A stretch of 64,000 nucleotides of DNA from Eledone cirrhosa (lineage: Eukaryota), in assembly GCA_964016885.1 (NCBI GenBank), contig OZ024760.1:3100001-3164000 (forward strand). The letters are read 5' to 3'. Shown piece after piece: positions 12,801-27,800 of the stretch. The notes beneath the pieces were generated by a model, which did no database searches, was not told the origin of the DNA, and saw nothing but the letters and a program-made list of their open reading frames with translations. Made by a program: the position numbers and the translations under genes. The stretch's first letter is position 1, and each line of letters opens with the position of its first letter.

Positions 12801-15800
12801 CAATCTACAGATAGTATCAGTAATGGAAAGACCAATGGAAACATTGTTTTCTTGGTCAGATCTGACAATCTACAGATAGTATCAGTAATGGAAAGACCAA
12901 TGGAAACATTGTTTTCTTGGTTTGATCTGACAATCTACAGGTAGTATCAGCAATGGAAAGACCAATGGAAACATTGTTTTCTTGGTCAGATCTGACAATC
13001 TACAGATAGTATCAGCAATGGAAAGACCAATGGAAACATTGTTTTCTTGGTCTGATCTGACAATCTACAGATAGTATCAGTAATGGAAAGACCAATGGAA
13101 ACATTGTTTTCTTGGTCAGATCTGACAATCTACAGATAGTATCAGTAATGGAAAGACCAATGGAAACATTGTTTTCTTGGTCAGATCTGACAATCTACAG
13201 ATAGTATCAGCAATGGAAAGACCAATGGAAACATTGTTTTCTTGGTTTGATCTGACAATCTACAGATAGTATCAGCAATGGAAAGACCAATGGAAACATT
13301 GTTTCCTTGGTGTGATCTGACAATCTACAGATAGTATCAGCAATGGAAAGACCAATGGAAACATTGTTTCCTTGGTCAGATCTGACAATCTACAGATAGT
13401 ATCAGTAATGGAAAGACCAATGGAAACATTGTTTCCTTGGTCAGATCTGACAATCTACAGATAGTATCAGTAATGGAAAGACCAATGGAAACATTGTTTC
13501 CTTGGTCAGATCTGACAATCTACAGATAGTATCAGTAATGGAAAGACCAATGGAAACATTGTTTCCTTGGTCAGATCTGACAATCTACAGACAGTATCAA
13601 CAATGGAAAGTCCAATGGAAACATAGTTTCCTTGGTCTGATCTGACAATCTACAGATAGTATCAGCAATGGAAAGACCAATGGAAACATTGTTTTCTTGG
13701 TGTGATCTGACAATCTACAGATAGTATCAGCAATGGAAAGACCAATGGAAACATTGTTTCCTTGGTGTGATCTGACAATCTACAGGTAGTATCAGCAATG
13801 GAAAGACCAATGGAAACATCGTTTCATTGGTCTGATCTGACAATCTACAGATAGTATCAGCAATGGAAAGACCAATGGAAACATTGTTTCCTTGGTCAGA
13901 TCTGACAATCTACAGATAGTATCAGTAATGGAAAGACCAATGGAAACATTGTTTCCTTGGTCAGATCTGACAATCTACAGACAGTATCAGCAATGGAAAG
14001 ACCAATGGAAACATTGTTTCCTTGGTCAGATCTGACAATCTACAGATAGTATCAGCAATGGAAAGACCAATGGAAACATTGTTTCCTTGGTCTGATCTGA
14101 CAATCTACAGATAGTATCAGCAATGGAAAGACCAATGGAAACATTGTTTCCTTGGTCTAATCTGACAATCTACAGATAGTATCAGTAATGGAAAGACCAA
14201 TGGAAACATTGTTTTCTTGGTCTGATCTGACAATCTACAGATAGTATCAGCAATGGAAAGACCAATGGAAACATTGTTTCCTTGGTCTAATCTGACAATC
14301 TACAGATAGTATCAGCAATGGAAAGACCAATGGAAACATTGTTTCCTTGGTCAGATCTGACAATCTACAGACAGTATCAGCAATAGAAAGACCAATGGAA
14401 ACATTGTCTCCTTGGTCAGATCTGACAATCTACAGACAGTATCAGCAATAGAAAGACCAATGGAAACATTGTTTTCTTGGTTTGATCTGACAATCTACAG
14501 ATAGTATCAGTAATGGAAAGACCAATGGAAACATTGTTTTCTTGGTGTGATCTGACAATCTACAGATAGTATCAGCAATAGAAAGACCAATGGAAACATT
14601 GTTTTCTTGGTGTGATCTGACAATCTACAGATAGTATCAGCAATGGAAAGACCAATGGAAACATTGTTTCCTTGGTGTGATCTGACAATCTACAGATAGT
14701 ATCAGTAATGGAAAGACCAATGGAAACATTGTTTTCTTGGTTTGATCTGACAATCTACAGATAGTATCAGTAATGGAAAGACCAATGGAAACATTGTTTT
14801 CTTGGTTTGATCTGACAATCTACAGATAGTATCAGTAATGGAAAGACCAATGGAAACATTGTTTCCTTGGTTTGATCTGACAATCTACAGATAGTATCAG
14901 TAATGGAAAGACCAATGGAAACATTGTTTCCTTGGTGTGATCTGACAATCTACAGATAGTATCAGTAATGGAAAGACCAATGGAAACATTGTTTCCTTGG
15001 TGTGATCTGACAATCTACAGATAGTATCAGCAATGGAAAGACCAATGGAAACATTGTTTCCTTGGTCTGATCTGACAATCTACAGATAGTATCAGTAATG
15101 GAAAGACCAATGGAAACATTGTTTTCTTGGTGTGATCTGACAATCTACAGATAGTATCAGCAATAGAAAGACCAATGGAAACATTGTTTTCTTGGTGTGA
15201 TCTGACAATCTACAGACAGTATCAGCAATGGAAAGACCAATGGAAACATTGTTTCCTTGGTCAGATCTGACAATCTACAGATAGTATCAGCAATGGAAAG
15301 ACCAATGGAAACATTGTTTCCTTGGTGTGATCTGACAATCTACAGATAGTATCAGCAATGGAAAGACCAATGGAAACATTGTTTCCTTGGTCAGATCTGA
15401 CAATCTACAGATAGTATCAGCAATGGAAAGACCAATGGAAACATTGTTTCCTTGGTGTGATCTGACAATCTACAGACAGTATCAGCAATGGAAAGACCAA
15501 TGGAAACATTGTTTCCTTGGTCAGATCTGACAATCTACAGACAGTATCAGCAATGGAAAGACCAATGGAAACATTGTTTTCTTGGTCTAATCTGACAATC
15601 TACAGATAGTATCAGCAATAGAAAGACCAATGGAAACATTGTTTCCTTGGTCTGATCTGACAATCTACAGATAGTATCAGCAATGGAAAGACCAATGGAA
15701 ACATTGTTTCCTTGGTGTGATCTGACAATCTACAGATAGTATCAGCAATGGAAAGACCAATGGAAACATTGTTTCCTTGGTCTGATCTGACAATCTACAG

Positions 15801-18800
15801 ATAGTATCAGCAATGGAAAGACCAATGGAAACATTGTTTCCTTGGTGTGATCTGACAATCTACAGATTGTATCAGCAATGGAAAGACCAATGGAAACATT
15901 GTTTCCTTGGTCTGATCTGACAATCTACAGATAGTATCAGTAATGGAAAGACCAATGGAAACATTGTTTCCTTGGTGTGATCTGACAATCTACAGATAGT
16001 ATCAGTAATGGAAAGACCAATGGAAACATTGTTTTCTTGGTGTGATCTGACAATCTACAGACAGTATCCGCAATGGAAAGACCAATGGAAACATTGTTTT
16101 CTTGGTGTGATCTGACAATCTACAGACAGTATCAGCAATGGAAAGACCAATGGAAACATTGTTTCCTTGGTCTGATCTGACAATCTACAGATAGTATCAG
16201 CAATGGAAAGACCAATGGAAACATTGTTTCCTTGGTGTGATCTGACAATCTACAGATAGTATCAGTAATGGAAAGACCAATGGAAACATTGTTTCCTTGG
16301 TCTGATCTGACAATCTACAGATAGTATCAGTAATGGAAAGACCAATGGAAACATTGTTTCCTTGGTGTGATCTGACAATCTACAGATAGTATCAGTAATG
16401 GAAAGACCAATGGAAACATTGTTTCCTTGGTCTGATCTGACAATCTACAGATAGTATCAGTAATGGAAAGACCAATGGAAACATTGTTTCCTTGGTGTGA
16501 TCTGACAATCTACAGATAGTATCAGTAATGGAAAGACCAATGGAAACATTGTTTCCTTGGTGTGATCTGACAATCTACAGATAGTATCAGTAATGGAAAG
16601 ACCAATGGAAACATTGTTTCCTTGGTCTGATCTGACAATCTACAGATAGTATCAGCAATGGAAAGACCAATGGAAACATTGTTTCCTTGGTCTGATCTGA
16701 CAATCTACAGATAGTATCAGTAATGGAAAGACCAATGGAAACATTGTTTCCTTGGTCTGATCTGACAATCTACAGATAGTATCAGCAATGGAAAGACCAA
16801 TGGAAACATTGTTTCCTTGGTCTGATCTGACAATCTACAGATAGTATCAGCAATGGAAAGACCAATGGAAACATTGTTTTCTTGGTGTGATCTGACAATC
16901 TACAGACAGTATCAGCAATGGAAAGACCAATGGAAACATTGTTTCCTTGGTCTGATCTGACAATCTACAGATAGTATCAGCAATGGAAAGACCAATGGAA
17001 ACATTGTTTCCTTGGTCTGATCTGACAATCTACAGATAGTATCAGTAATGGAAAGACCAATGGAAACATTGTTTCCTTGGTCTGATCTGACAATCTACAG
17101 ATAGTATCAGCAATGGAAAGACCAATGGAAACATTGTTTCCTTGGTCTGATCTGACAATCTACAGATAGTATCAGCAATGGAAAGACCAATGGAAACATT
17201 GTTTTCTTGGTGTGATCTGACAATCTACAGACAGTATCAGCAATGGAAAGACCAATGGAAACATTGTTTCCTTGGTCTGATCTGACAATCTACAGATAGT
17301 ATCAGCAATGGAAAGACCAATGGAAACATTGTTTCCTTGGTGTGATCTGACAATCTACAGATAGTATCAGCAATGGAAAGACCAATGGAAACATTGTTTC
17401 CTTGGTCTGATCTGACAATCTACAGACAGTATCCGCAATGGAAAGACCAATGGAAACATTGTTTCCTTGGTCTGATCTGACAATCTACAGATAGTATCAG
17501 CAATGGAAAGACCAATGGAAACATTGTTTCCTTGGTCTGATCTGACAATCTACAGACAGTATCAGTAATGGAAAGACCAATGGAAACATTGTTTCCTTGG
17601 TCTGATCTGACAATCTACAGATAGTATCAGCAATGGAAAGACCAATGGAAACATTGTTTCCTTGGTCTGATCTGACAATCTACAGATAGTATCAGTAATG
17701 GAAAGACCAATGGAAACATTGTTTCCTTGGTCTGATCTGACAATCTACAGATAGTATCAGCAATGGAAAGACCAATGGAAACATTGTTTCCTTGGTCTGA
17801 TCTGACAATCTACAGACAGTATCCGCAATGGAAAGACCAATGGAAACATTGTTTCCTTGGTCTGATCTGACAATCTACAGATAGTATCAGCAATGGAAAG
17901 ACCAATGGAAACATTGTTTCCTTGGTCTGATCTGACAATCTACAGACAGTATCCGCAATGGAAAGACCAATGGAAACATTGTTTCCTTGGTCTGATCTGA
18001 CAATCTACAGATAGTATCAGCAATGGAAAGACCAATGGAAACATTGTTTCCTTGGTCTGATCTGACAATCTACAGACAGTATCCGCAATGGAAAGACCAA
18101 TGGAAACATTGTTTCCTTGGTCTGATCTGACAATCTACAGACAGTATCCGCAATGGAAAGACCAATGGAAACATTGTTTCCTTGGTCTGATCTGACAATC
18201 TACAGATAGTATCAGCAATGGAAAGACCAATGGAAACATTGTTTCCTTGGTCTGATCTGACAATCTACAGACAGTATCAGTAATGGAAAGACCAATGGAA
18301 ACATTGTTTCCTTGGTCTGATCTGACAATCTACAGATAGTATCAGCAATGGAAAGACCAATGGAAACATTGTTTCCTTGGTCTGATCTGACAATCTACAG
18401 ATAGTATCAGTAATGGAAAGACCAATGGAAACATTGTTTCCTTGGTCTGATCTGACAATCTACAGATAGTATCAGCAATGGAAAGACCAATGGAAACATT
18501 GTTTCCTTGGTCTGATCTGACAATCTACAGATAGTATCAGTAATGGAAAGACCAATGGAAACATTGTTTCCTTGGTCTGATCTGACAATCTACAGATAGT
18601 ATCAGCAATGGAAAGACCAATGGAAACATTGTTTCCTTGGTCTGATCTGACAATCTACAGATAGTATCAGTAATGGAAAGACCAATGGAAACATTGTTTC
18701 CTTGGTCTGATCTGACAATCTACAGATAGTATCAGCAATGGAAAGACCAATGGAAACATTGTTTCCTTGGTCTGATCTGACAATCTACAGATAGTATCAG

Positions 18801-21800
18801 CAATGGAAAGACCAATGGAAACATTGTTTCCTTGGTCTGATCTGACAATCTACAGATAGTATCAGTAATGGAAAGACCAATGGAAACATTGTTTCCTTGG
18901 TCTGATCTGACAATCTACAGATAGTATCAGCAATGGAAAGACCAATGGAAACATTGTTTCCTTGGTCTGATCTGACAATCTACAGATAGTATCAGTAATG
19001 GAAAGACCAATGGAAACATTGTTTCCTTGGTCTGATCTGACAATCTACAGATAGTATCAGTAATGGAAAGACCAATGGAAACATTGTTTCCTTGGTCTGA
19101 TCTGACAATCTACAGATAGTATCAGCAATGGAAAGACCAATGGAAACATTGTTTCCTTGGTCTGATCTGACAATCTACAGATAGTATCAGCAATGGAAAG
19201 ACCAATGGAAACATTGTTTCCTTGGTGTGATCTGACAATCTACAGATAGTATCAGCAATGGAAAGACCAATGGAAACATTGTTTCCTTGGTCTGATCTGA
19301 CAATCTACAGATAGTATCAGCAATGGAAAGACCAATGGAAACATTGTTTCCTTGGTGTGATCTGACAATCTACAGATAGTATCAGCAATGGAAAGACCAA
19401 TGGAAACATTGTTTCCTTGGTCTGATCTGACAATCTACAGATAGTATCAGCAATGGAAAGACCAATGGAAACATTGTTTCCTTGGTGTGATCTGACAATC
19501 TACAGACAGTATCAGCAATGGAAAGACCAATGGAAACATTGTTTCCTTGGTCTGATCTGACAATCTACAGACAGTATCCGCAATGGAAAGACCAATGGAA
19601 ACATTGTTTCCTTGGTCTGATCTGACAATCTACAGATAGTATCAGTAATGGAAAGACCAATGGAAACATTGTTTCCTTGGTCTGATCTGACAATCTACAG
19701 ATAGTATCAGCAATGGAAAGACCAATGGAAACATTGTTTCCTTGGTCTGATCTGACAATCTACAGATAGTATCAGTAATGGAAAGACCAATGGAAACATT
19801 GTTTCCTTGGTCTGATCTGACAATCTACAGATAGTATCAGCAATGGAAAGACCAATGGAAACATTGTTTCCTTGGTCTGATCTGACAATCTACAGATAGT
19901 ATCAGTAATGGAAAGACCAATGGAAACATTGTTTCCTTGGTCTGATCTGACAATCTACAGATAGTATCAGCAATGGAAAGACCAATGGAAACATTGTTTC
20001 CTTGGTCTGATCTGACAATCTACAGATAGTATCAGTAATGGAAAGACCAATGGAAACATTGTTTCCTTGGTCTGATCTGACAATCTACAGATAGTATCAG
20101 CAATGGAAAGACCAATGGAAACATTGTTTCCTTGGTGTGATCTGACAATCTACAGATAGTATCAGTAATGGAAAGACCAATGGAAACATTGTTTCCTTGG
20201 TGTGATCTGACAATCTACAGACAGTATCAGCAATGGAAAGACCAATGGAAACATTGTTTCCTTGGTCTGATCTGACAATCTACAGATAGTATCAGTAATG
20301 GAAAGACCAATGGAAACATTGTTTCCTTGGTCTGATCTGACAATCTACAGATAGTATCAGTAATGGAAAGACCAATGGAAACATTGTTTTCTTGGTGTGA
20401 TCTGACAATCTACAGACAGTATCCGCAATGGAAAGACCAATGGAAACATTGTTTCCTTGGTCTGATCTGACAATCTACAGATAGTATCAGCAATGGAAAG
20501 ACCAATGGAAACATTGTTTCCTTGGTCTGATCTGACAATCTACAGATAGTATCAGCAATGGAAAGACCAATGGAAACATTGTTTCCTTGGTCTGATCTGA
20601 CAATCTACAGATAGTATCAGCAATGGAAAGACCAATGGAAACATTGTTTCCTTGGTCTGATCTGACAATCTACAGATAGTATCAGTAATGGAAAGACCAA
20701 TGGAAACATTGTTTCCTTGGTCTGATCTGACAATCTACAGATAGTATCAGTAATGGAAAGACCAATGGAAACATTGTTTCCTTGGTCAGATCTGACAATC
20801 TACAGACAGTATCAGCAATGGAAAGACCAATGGAAACATTGTTTCCTTGGTCTGATCTGACAATCTACAGATAGTATCAGTAATGGAAAGACCAATGGAA
20901 ACATTGTTTTCTTGGTGTGATCTGACAATCTACAGATAGTATCAGTAATGGAAAGACCAATGGAAACATTGTTTCCTTGGTCTGATCTGACAATCTACAG
21001 ATAGTATCAGTAATGGAAAGACCAATGGAAACATTGTTTCCTTGGTCTGATCTGACAATCTACAGATAGTATCAGTAATGGAAAGACCAATGGAAACATT
21101 GTTTTCTTGGTCTGATCTGACAATCTACAGATAGTATCAGCAATGGAAAGACCAATGGAAACATTGTTTCCTTGGTCTGATCTGACAATCTACAGACAGT
21201 ATCCGCAATGGAAAGACCAATGGAAACATTGTTTCCTTGGTGTGATCTGACAATCTACAGATAGTATCAGCAATGGAAAGACCAATGGAAACATTGTTTT
21301 CTTGGTGTGATCTGACAATCTACAGATAGTATCAGTAATGGAAAGACCAATGGAAACATTGTTTTCTTGGTGTGATCTGACAATCTACAGACAGTATCAG
21401 CAATAGAAAGACCAATGGAAACATTGTTTCCTTGGTGTGATCTGACAATCTACAGACAGTATCAGCAATGGAAAGACCAATGGAAACATTGTTTCCTTGG
21501 TGTGATCTGACAATCTACAGATAGTATCAGTAATGGAAAGACCAATGGAAACATTGTTTTCTTGGTCTGATCTGACAATCTACAGATAGTATCAGCAATG
21601 GAAAGACCAATGGAAACATTGTTTCCTTGGTCTGATCTGACAATCTACAGATAGTATCAGCAATAGAAAGACCAATGGAAACATTGTTTCCTTGGTGTGA
21701 TCTGACAATCTACAGATAGTATCAGTAATGGAAAGACCAATGGAAACATTGTTTCCTTGGTCTGATCTGACAATCTACAGACAGTATCAGTAATGGAAAG

Positions 21801-24800
21801 ACCAATGGAAACATTGTCTCCTTGGTCAGATCTGACAATCTACAGATAGTATCAGTAATGGAAAGACCAATGGAAACATTGTTTTCTTGGTGTGATCTGA
21901 CAATCTACAGACAGTATCAGCAATAGAAAGACCAATGGAAACATTGTTTCCTTGGTGTGATCTGACAATCTACAGACAGTATCAGCAATGGAAAGACCAA
22001 TGGAAACATTGTTTCCTTGGTGTGATCTGACAATCTACAGATAGTATCAGTAATGGAAAGACCAATGGAAACATTGTTTTCTTGGTGTGATCTGACAATC
22101 TACAGATAGTATCAGCAATGGAAAGACCAATGGAAACATTGTTTTCTTGGTGTGATCTGACAATCTACAGACAGTATCAGTAATGGAAAGACCAATGGAA
22201 ACATTGTTTCCTTGGTGTGATCTGACAATCTACAGATAGTATCAGTAATGGAAAGACCAATGGAAACATTGTTTTCTTGGTGTGATCTGACAATCTACAG
22301 ATAGTATCAGCAATGGAAAGACCAATGGAAACATTGTTTTCTTGGTGTGATCTGACAATCTACAGACAGTATCAGCAATGGAAAGACCAATGGAAACATT
22401 GTTTCCTTGGTGTGATCTGACAATCTACAGACAGTATCAGCAATAGAAAGACCAATGGAAACATTGTTTCCTTGGTGTGATCTGACAATCTACAGACAGT
22501 ATCAGCAATGGAAAGACCAATGGAAACATTGTTTCCTTGGTGTGATCTGACAATCTACAGATAGTATCAGTAATGGAAAGACCAATGGAAACATTGTTTT
22601 CTTGGTGTGATCTGACAATCTACAGACAGTATCAGCAATGGAAAGACCAATGGAAACATTGTTTTCTTGGTGTGATCTGACAATCTACAGATAGTATCAG
22701 TAATGGAAAGACCAATGGAAACATTGTTTTCTTGGTGTGATCTGACAATCTACAGACAGTATCAGCAATGGAAAGACCAATGGAAACATTGTTTCCTTGG
22801 TGTGATCTGACAATCTACAGACAGTATCAGCAATAGAAAGACCAATGGAAACATTGTTTCCTTGGTGTGATCTGACAATCTACAGACAGTATCAGCAATG
22901 GAAAGACCAATGGAAACATTGTTTCCTTGGTGTGATCTGACAATCTACAGATAGTATCAGTAATGGAAAGACCAATGGAAACATTGTTTTCTTGGTGTGA
23001 TCTGACAATCTACAGACAGTATCAGCAATGGAAAGACCAATGGAAACATTGTTTTCTTGGTGTGATCTGACAATCTACAGATAGTATCAGTAATGGAAAG
23101 ACCAATGGAAACATTGTTTTCTTGGTCTGATCTGACAATCTACAGACAGTATCCGCAATGGAAAGACCAATGGAAACATTGTTTTCTTGGTGTGATCTGA
23201 CAATCTACAGACAGTATCAGTAATGGAAAGACCAATGGAAACATTGTTTTCTTGGTCTGATCTGACAATCTACAGACAGTATCCGCAATGGAAAGACCAA
23301 TGGAAACATTGTTTTCTTGGTGTGATCTGACAATCTACAGATAGTATCAGCAATGGAAAGACCAATGGAAACATTGTTTCCTTGGTGTGATCTGACAATC
23401 TACAGATAGTATCAGCAATGGAAAGACCAATGGAAACATTGTTTTCTTGGTGTGATCTGACAATCTACAGACAGTATCAGCAATGGAAAGACCAATGGAA
23501 ACATTGTTTCCTTGGTGTGATCTGACAATCTACAGATAGTATCAGTAATGGAAAGACCAATGGAAACATTGTTTTCTTGGTCTGATCTGACAATCTACAG
23601 ATAGTATCAGCAATGGAAAGACCAATGGAAACATTGTTTCCTTGGTGTGATCTGACAATCTACAGATAGTATCAGCAATGGAAAGACCAATGGAAACATT
23701 GTTTTCTTGGTGTGATCTGACAATCTACAGATAGTATCAGTAATGGAAAGACCAATGGAAACATTGTTTCCTTGGTCTGATCTGACAATCTACAGATAGT
23801 ATCAGTAATGGAAAGACCAATGGAAACATTGTTTTCTTGGTCTGATCTGACAATCTACAGATAGTATCAGTAATGGAAAGACCAATGGAAACATTGTTTT
23901 CTTGGTGTGATCTGACAATCTACAGATAGTATCAGTAATGGAAAGACCAATGGAAACATTGTTTCCTTGGTCTGATCTGACAATCTACAGATAGTATCAG
24001 TAATGGAAAGACCAATGGAAACATTGTTTTCTTGGTCTGATCTGACAATCTACAGATAGTATCAGTAATGGAAAGACCAATGGAAACATTGTTTCCTTGG
24101 TGTGATCTGACAATCTACAGATAGTATCAGCAATGGAAAGACCAATGGAAACATTGTTTTCTTGGTGTGATCTGACAATCTACAGATAGTATCAGTAATG
24201 GAAAGACCAATGGAAACATTGTTTCCTTGGTGTGATCTGACAATCTACAGATAGTATCAGTAATGGAAAGACCAATGGAAACATTGTTTCCTTGGTCTGA
24301 TCTGACAATCTACAGATAGTATCAGTAATGGAAAGACCAATGGAAACATTGTTTTCTTGGTCTGATCTGACAATCTACAGATAGTATCAGTAATGGAAAG
24401 ACCAATGGAAACATTGTTTCCTTGGTCTGATCTGACAATCTACAGATAGTATCAGTAATGGAAAGACCAATGGAAACATTGTTTTCTTGGTCTGATCTGA
24501 CAATCTACAGATAGTATCAGTAATGGAAAGACCAATGGAAACATTGTTTTCTTGGTCTGATCTGACAATCTACAGACAGTATCAGCAATGGAAAGACCAA
24601 TGGAAACATTGTTTCCTTGGTGTGATCTGACAATCTACAGATAGTATCAGCAATGGAAAGACCAATGGAAACATTGTTTTCTTGGTGTGATCTGACAATC
24701 TACAGATAGTATCAGTAATGGAAAGACCAATGGAAACATTGTTTCCTTGGTGTGATCTGACAATCTACAGATAGTATCAGTAATGGAAAGACCAATGGAA

Positions 24801-27800
24801 ACATTGTTTCCTTGGTCTGATCTGACAATCTACAGATAGTATCAGCAATGGAAAGACCAATGGAAACATTGTTTTCTTGGTGTGATCTGACAATCTACAG
24901 ATAGTATCAGCAATGGAAAGACCAATGGAAACATTGTTTTCTTGGTCTGATCTGACAATCTACAGATAGTATCAGTAATGGAAAGACCAATGGAAACATT
25001 GTTTTCTTGGTCTGATCTGACAATCTACAGATAGTATCAGTAATGGAAAGACCAATGGAAACATTGTTTCCTTGGTCTGATCTGACAATCTACAGATAGT
25101 ATCAGTAATGGAAAGACCAATGGAAACATTGTTTTCTTGGTCTGATCTGACAATCTACAGATAGTATCAGTAATGGAAAGACCAATGGAAACATTGTTTC
25201 CTTGGTGTGATCTGACAATCTACAGATAGTATCAGCAATGGAAAGACCAATGGAAACATTGTTTTCTTGGTGTGATCTGACAATCTACAGATAGTATCAG
25301 TAATGGAAAGACCAATGGAAACATTGTTTCCTTGGTGTGATCTGACAATCTACAGATAGTATCAGTAATGGAAAGACCAATGGAAACATTGTTTCCTTGG
25401 TCTGATCTGACAATCTACAGATAGTATCAGTAATGGAAAGACCAATGGAAACATTGTTTTCTTGGTCTGATCTGACAATCTACAGATAGTATCAGTAATG
25501 GAAAGACCAATGGAAACATTGTTTCCTTGGTCTGATCTGACAATCTACAGATAGTATCAGTAATGGAAAGACCAATGGAAACATTGTTTTCTTGGTCTGA
25601 TCTGACAATCTACAGATAGTATCAGTAATGGAAAGACCAATGGAAACATTGTTTTCTTGGTCTGATCTGACAATCTACAGACAGTATCAGCAATGGAAAG
25701 ACCAATGGAAACATTGTTTCCTTGGTGTGATCTGACAATCTACAGATAGTATCAGCAATGGAAAGACCAATGGAAACATTGTTTTCTTGGTGTGATCTGA
25801 CAATCTACAGATAGTATCAGTAATGGAAAGACCAATGGAAACATTGTTTCCTTGGTGTGATCTGACAATCTACAGATAGTATCAGTAATGGAAAGACCAA
25901 TGGAAACATTGTTTCCTTGGTCTGATCTGACAATCTACAGATAGTATCAGCAATGGAAAGACCAATGGAAACATTGTTTTCTTGGTGTGATCTGACAATC
26001 TACAGATAGTATCAGCAATGGAAAGACCAATGGAAACATTGTTTTCTTGGTGTGATCTGACAATCTACAGATAGTATCAGTAATGGAAAGACCAATGGAA
26101 ACATTGTTTTCTTGGTCTGATCTGACAATCTACAGATAGTATCAGCAATAGAAAGACCAATGGAAACATTGTTTTCTTGGTCTGATCTGACAATCTACAG
26201 ATAGTATCAGTAATGGAAAGACCAATGGAAACATTGTTTCCTTGGTGTGATCTGACAATCTACAGATAGTATCAGCCATGGAAAGACCAATGGAAACATT
26301 GTTTCCTTGGTGTGATCTGACAATCTACAGATAGTATCAGCAATGGAAAGACCAATGGAAACATTGTTTTCTTGGTCTGATCTGACAATCTACAGATAGT
26401 ATCAGCAATGGAAAGACCAATGGAAACATTGTTTTCTTGGTCTGATCTGACAATCTACAGATAGTATCAGTAATGGAAAGACCAATGGAAACATTGTTTC
26501 CTTGGTGTGATCTGACAATCTACAGATAGTATCAGCCATGGAAAGACCAATGGAAACATTGTTTCCTTGGTGTGATCTGACAATCTACAGATAGTATCAG
26601 CAATGGAAAGACCAATGGAAACATTGTTTTCTTGGTCTGATCTGACAATCTACAGATAGTATCAGCAATGGAAAGACCAATGGAAACATTGTTTTCTTGG
26701 TCTGATCTGACAATCTACAGATAGTATCAGTAATGGAAAGACCAATGGAAACATTGTTTTCTTGGTCTGATCTGACAATCTACAGATAGTATCAGCAATA
26801 GAAAGACCAATGGAAACATTGTTTTCTTGGTCTGATCTGACAATCTACAGATAGTATCAGCAATAGAAAGACCAATGGAAACATTGTTTTCTTGGTCTGA
26901 TCTGACAATCTACAGATAGTATCAGTAATGGAAAGACCAATGGAAACATTGTTTTCTTGGTGTGATCTGACAATCTACAGACAGTATCCGCAATGGAAAG
27001 ACCAATGGAAACATTGTTTCCTTGGTCTAATCTGACAATCTACAGATAGTATCAGCAATGGAAAGACCAATGGAAACATTGTTTCCTTGGTCTGATCTGA
27101 CAATCTACAGATAGTATCAGCAATAGAAAGACCAATGGAAACATTGTTTCCTTGGTCTGATCTGACAATCTACAGATAGTATCAGCAATAGAAAGACCAA
27201 TGGAAACATTGTTTCCTTGGTCTGATCTGACAATCTACAGATAGTATCAGCAATAGAAAGACCAATGGAAACATTGTTTCCTTGGTCTGATCTGACAATC
27301 TACAGATAGTATCAGCAATAGAAAGACCAATGGAAACATTGTTTCCTTGGTCTGATCTGACAATCTACAGATAGTATCAGCAATAGAAAGACCAATGGAA
27401 ACATTGTTTCCTTGGTCTGATCTGACAATCTACAGATAGTATCAGTAATGGAAAGACCAATGGAAACATTGTTTTCTTGGTCTGATCTGACAATCTACAG
27501 ATAGTATCAGCAATAGAAAGACCAATGGAAACATTGTTTCCTTGGTCTAATCTGACAATCTACAGATAGTATCAGCAATAGAAAGACCAATGGAAACATT
27601 GTTTCCTTGGTCTGATCTGACAATCTACAGATAGTATCAGTAATGGAAAGACCAATGGAAACATTGTTTTCTTGGTGTGATCTGACAATCTACAGACAGT
27701 ATCAGCAATGGAAAGACCAATGGAAACATTGTTTCCTTGGTCTGATCTGACAATCTACAGATAGTATCAGTAATGGAAAGACCAATGGAAACATTGTTTC

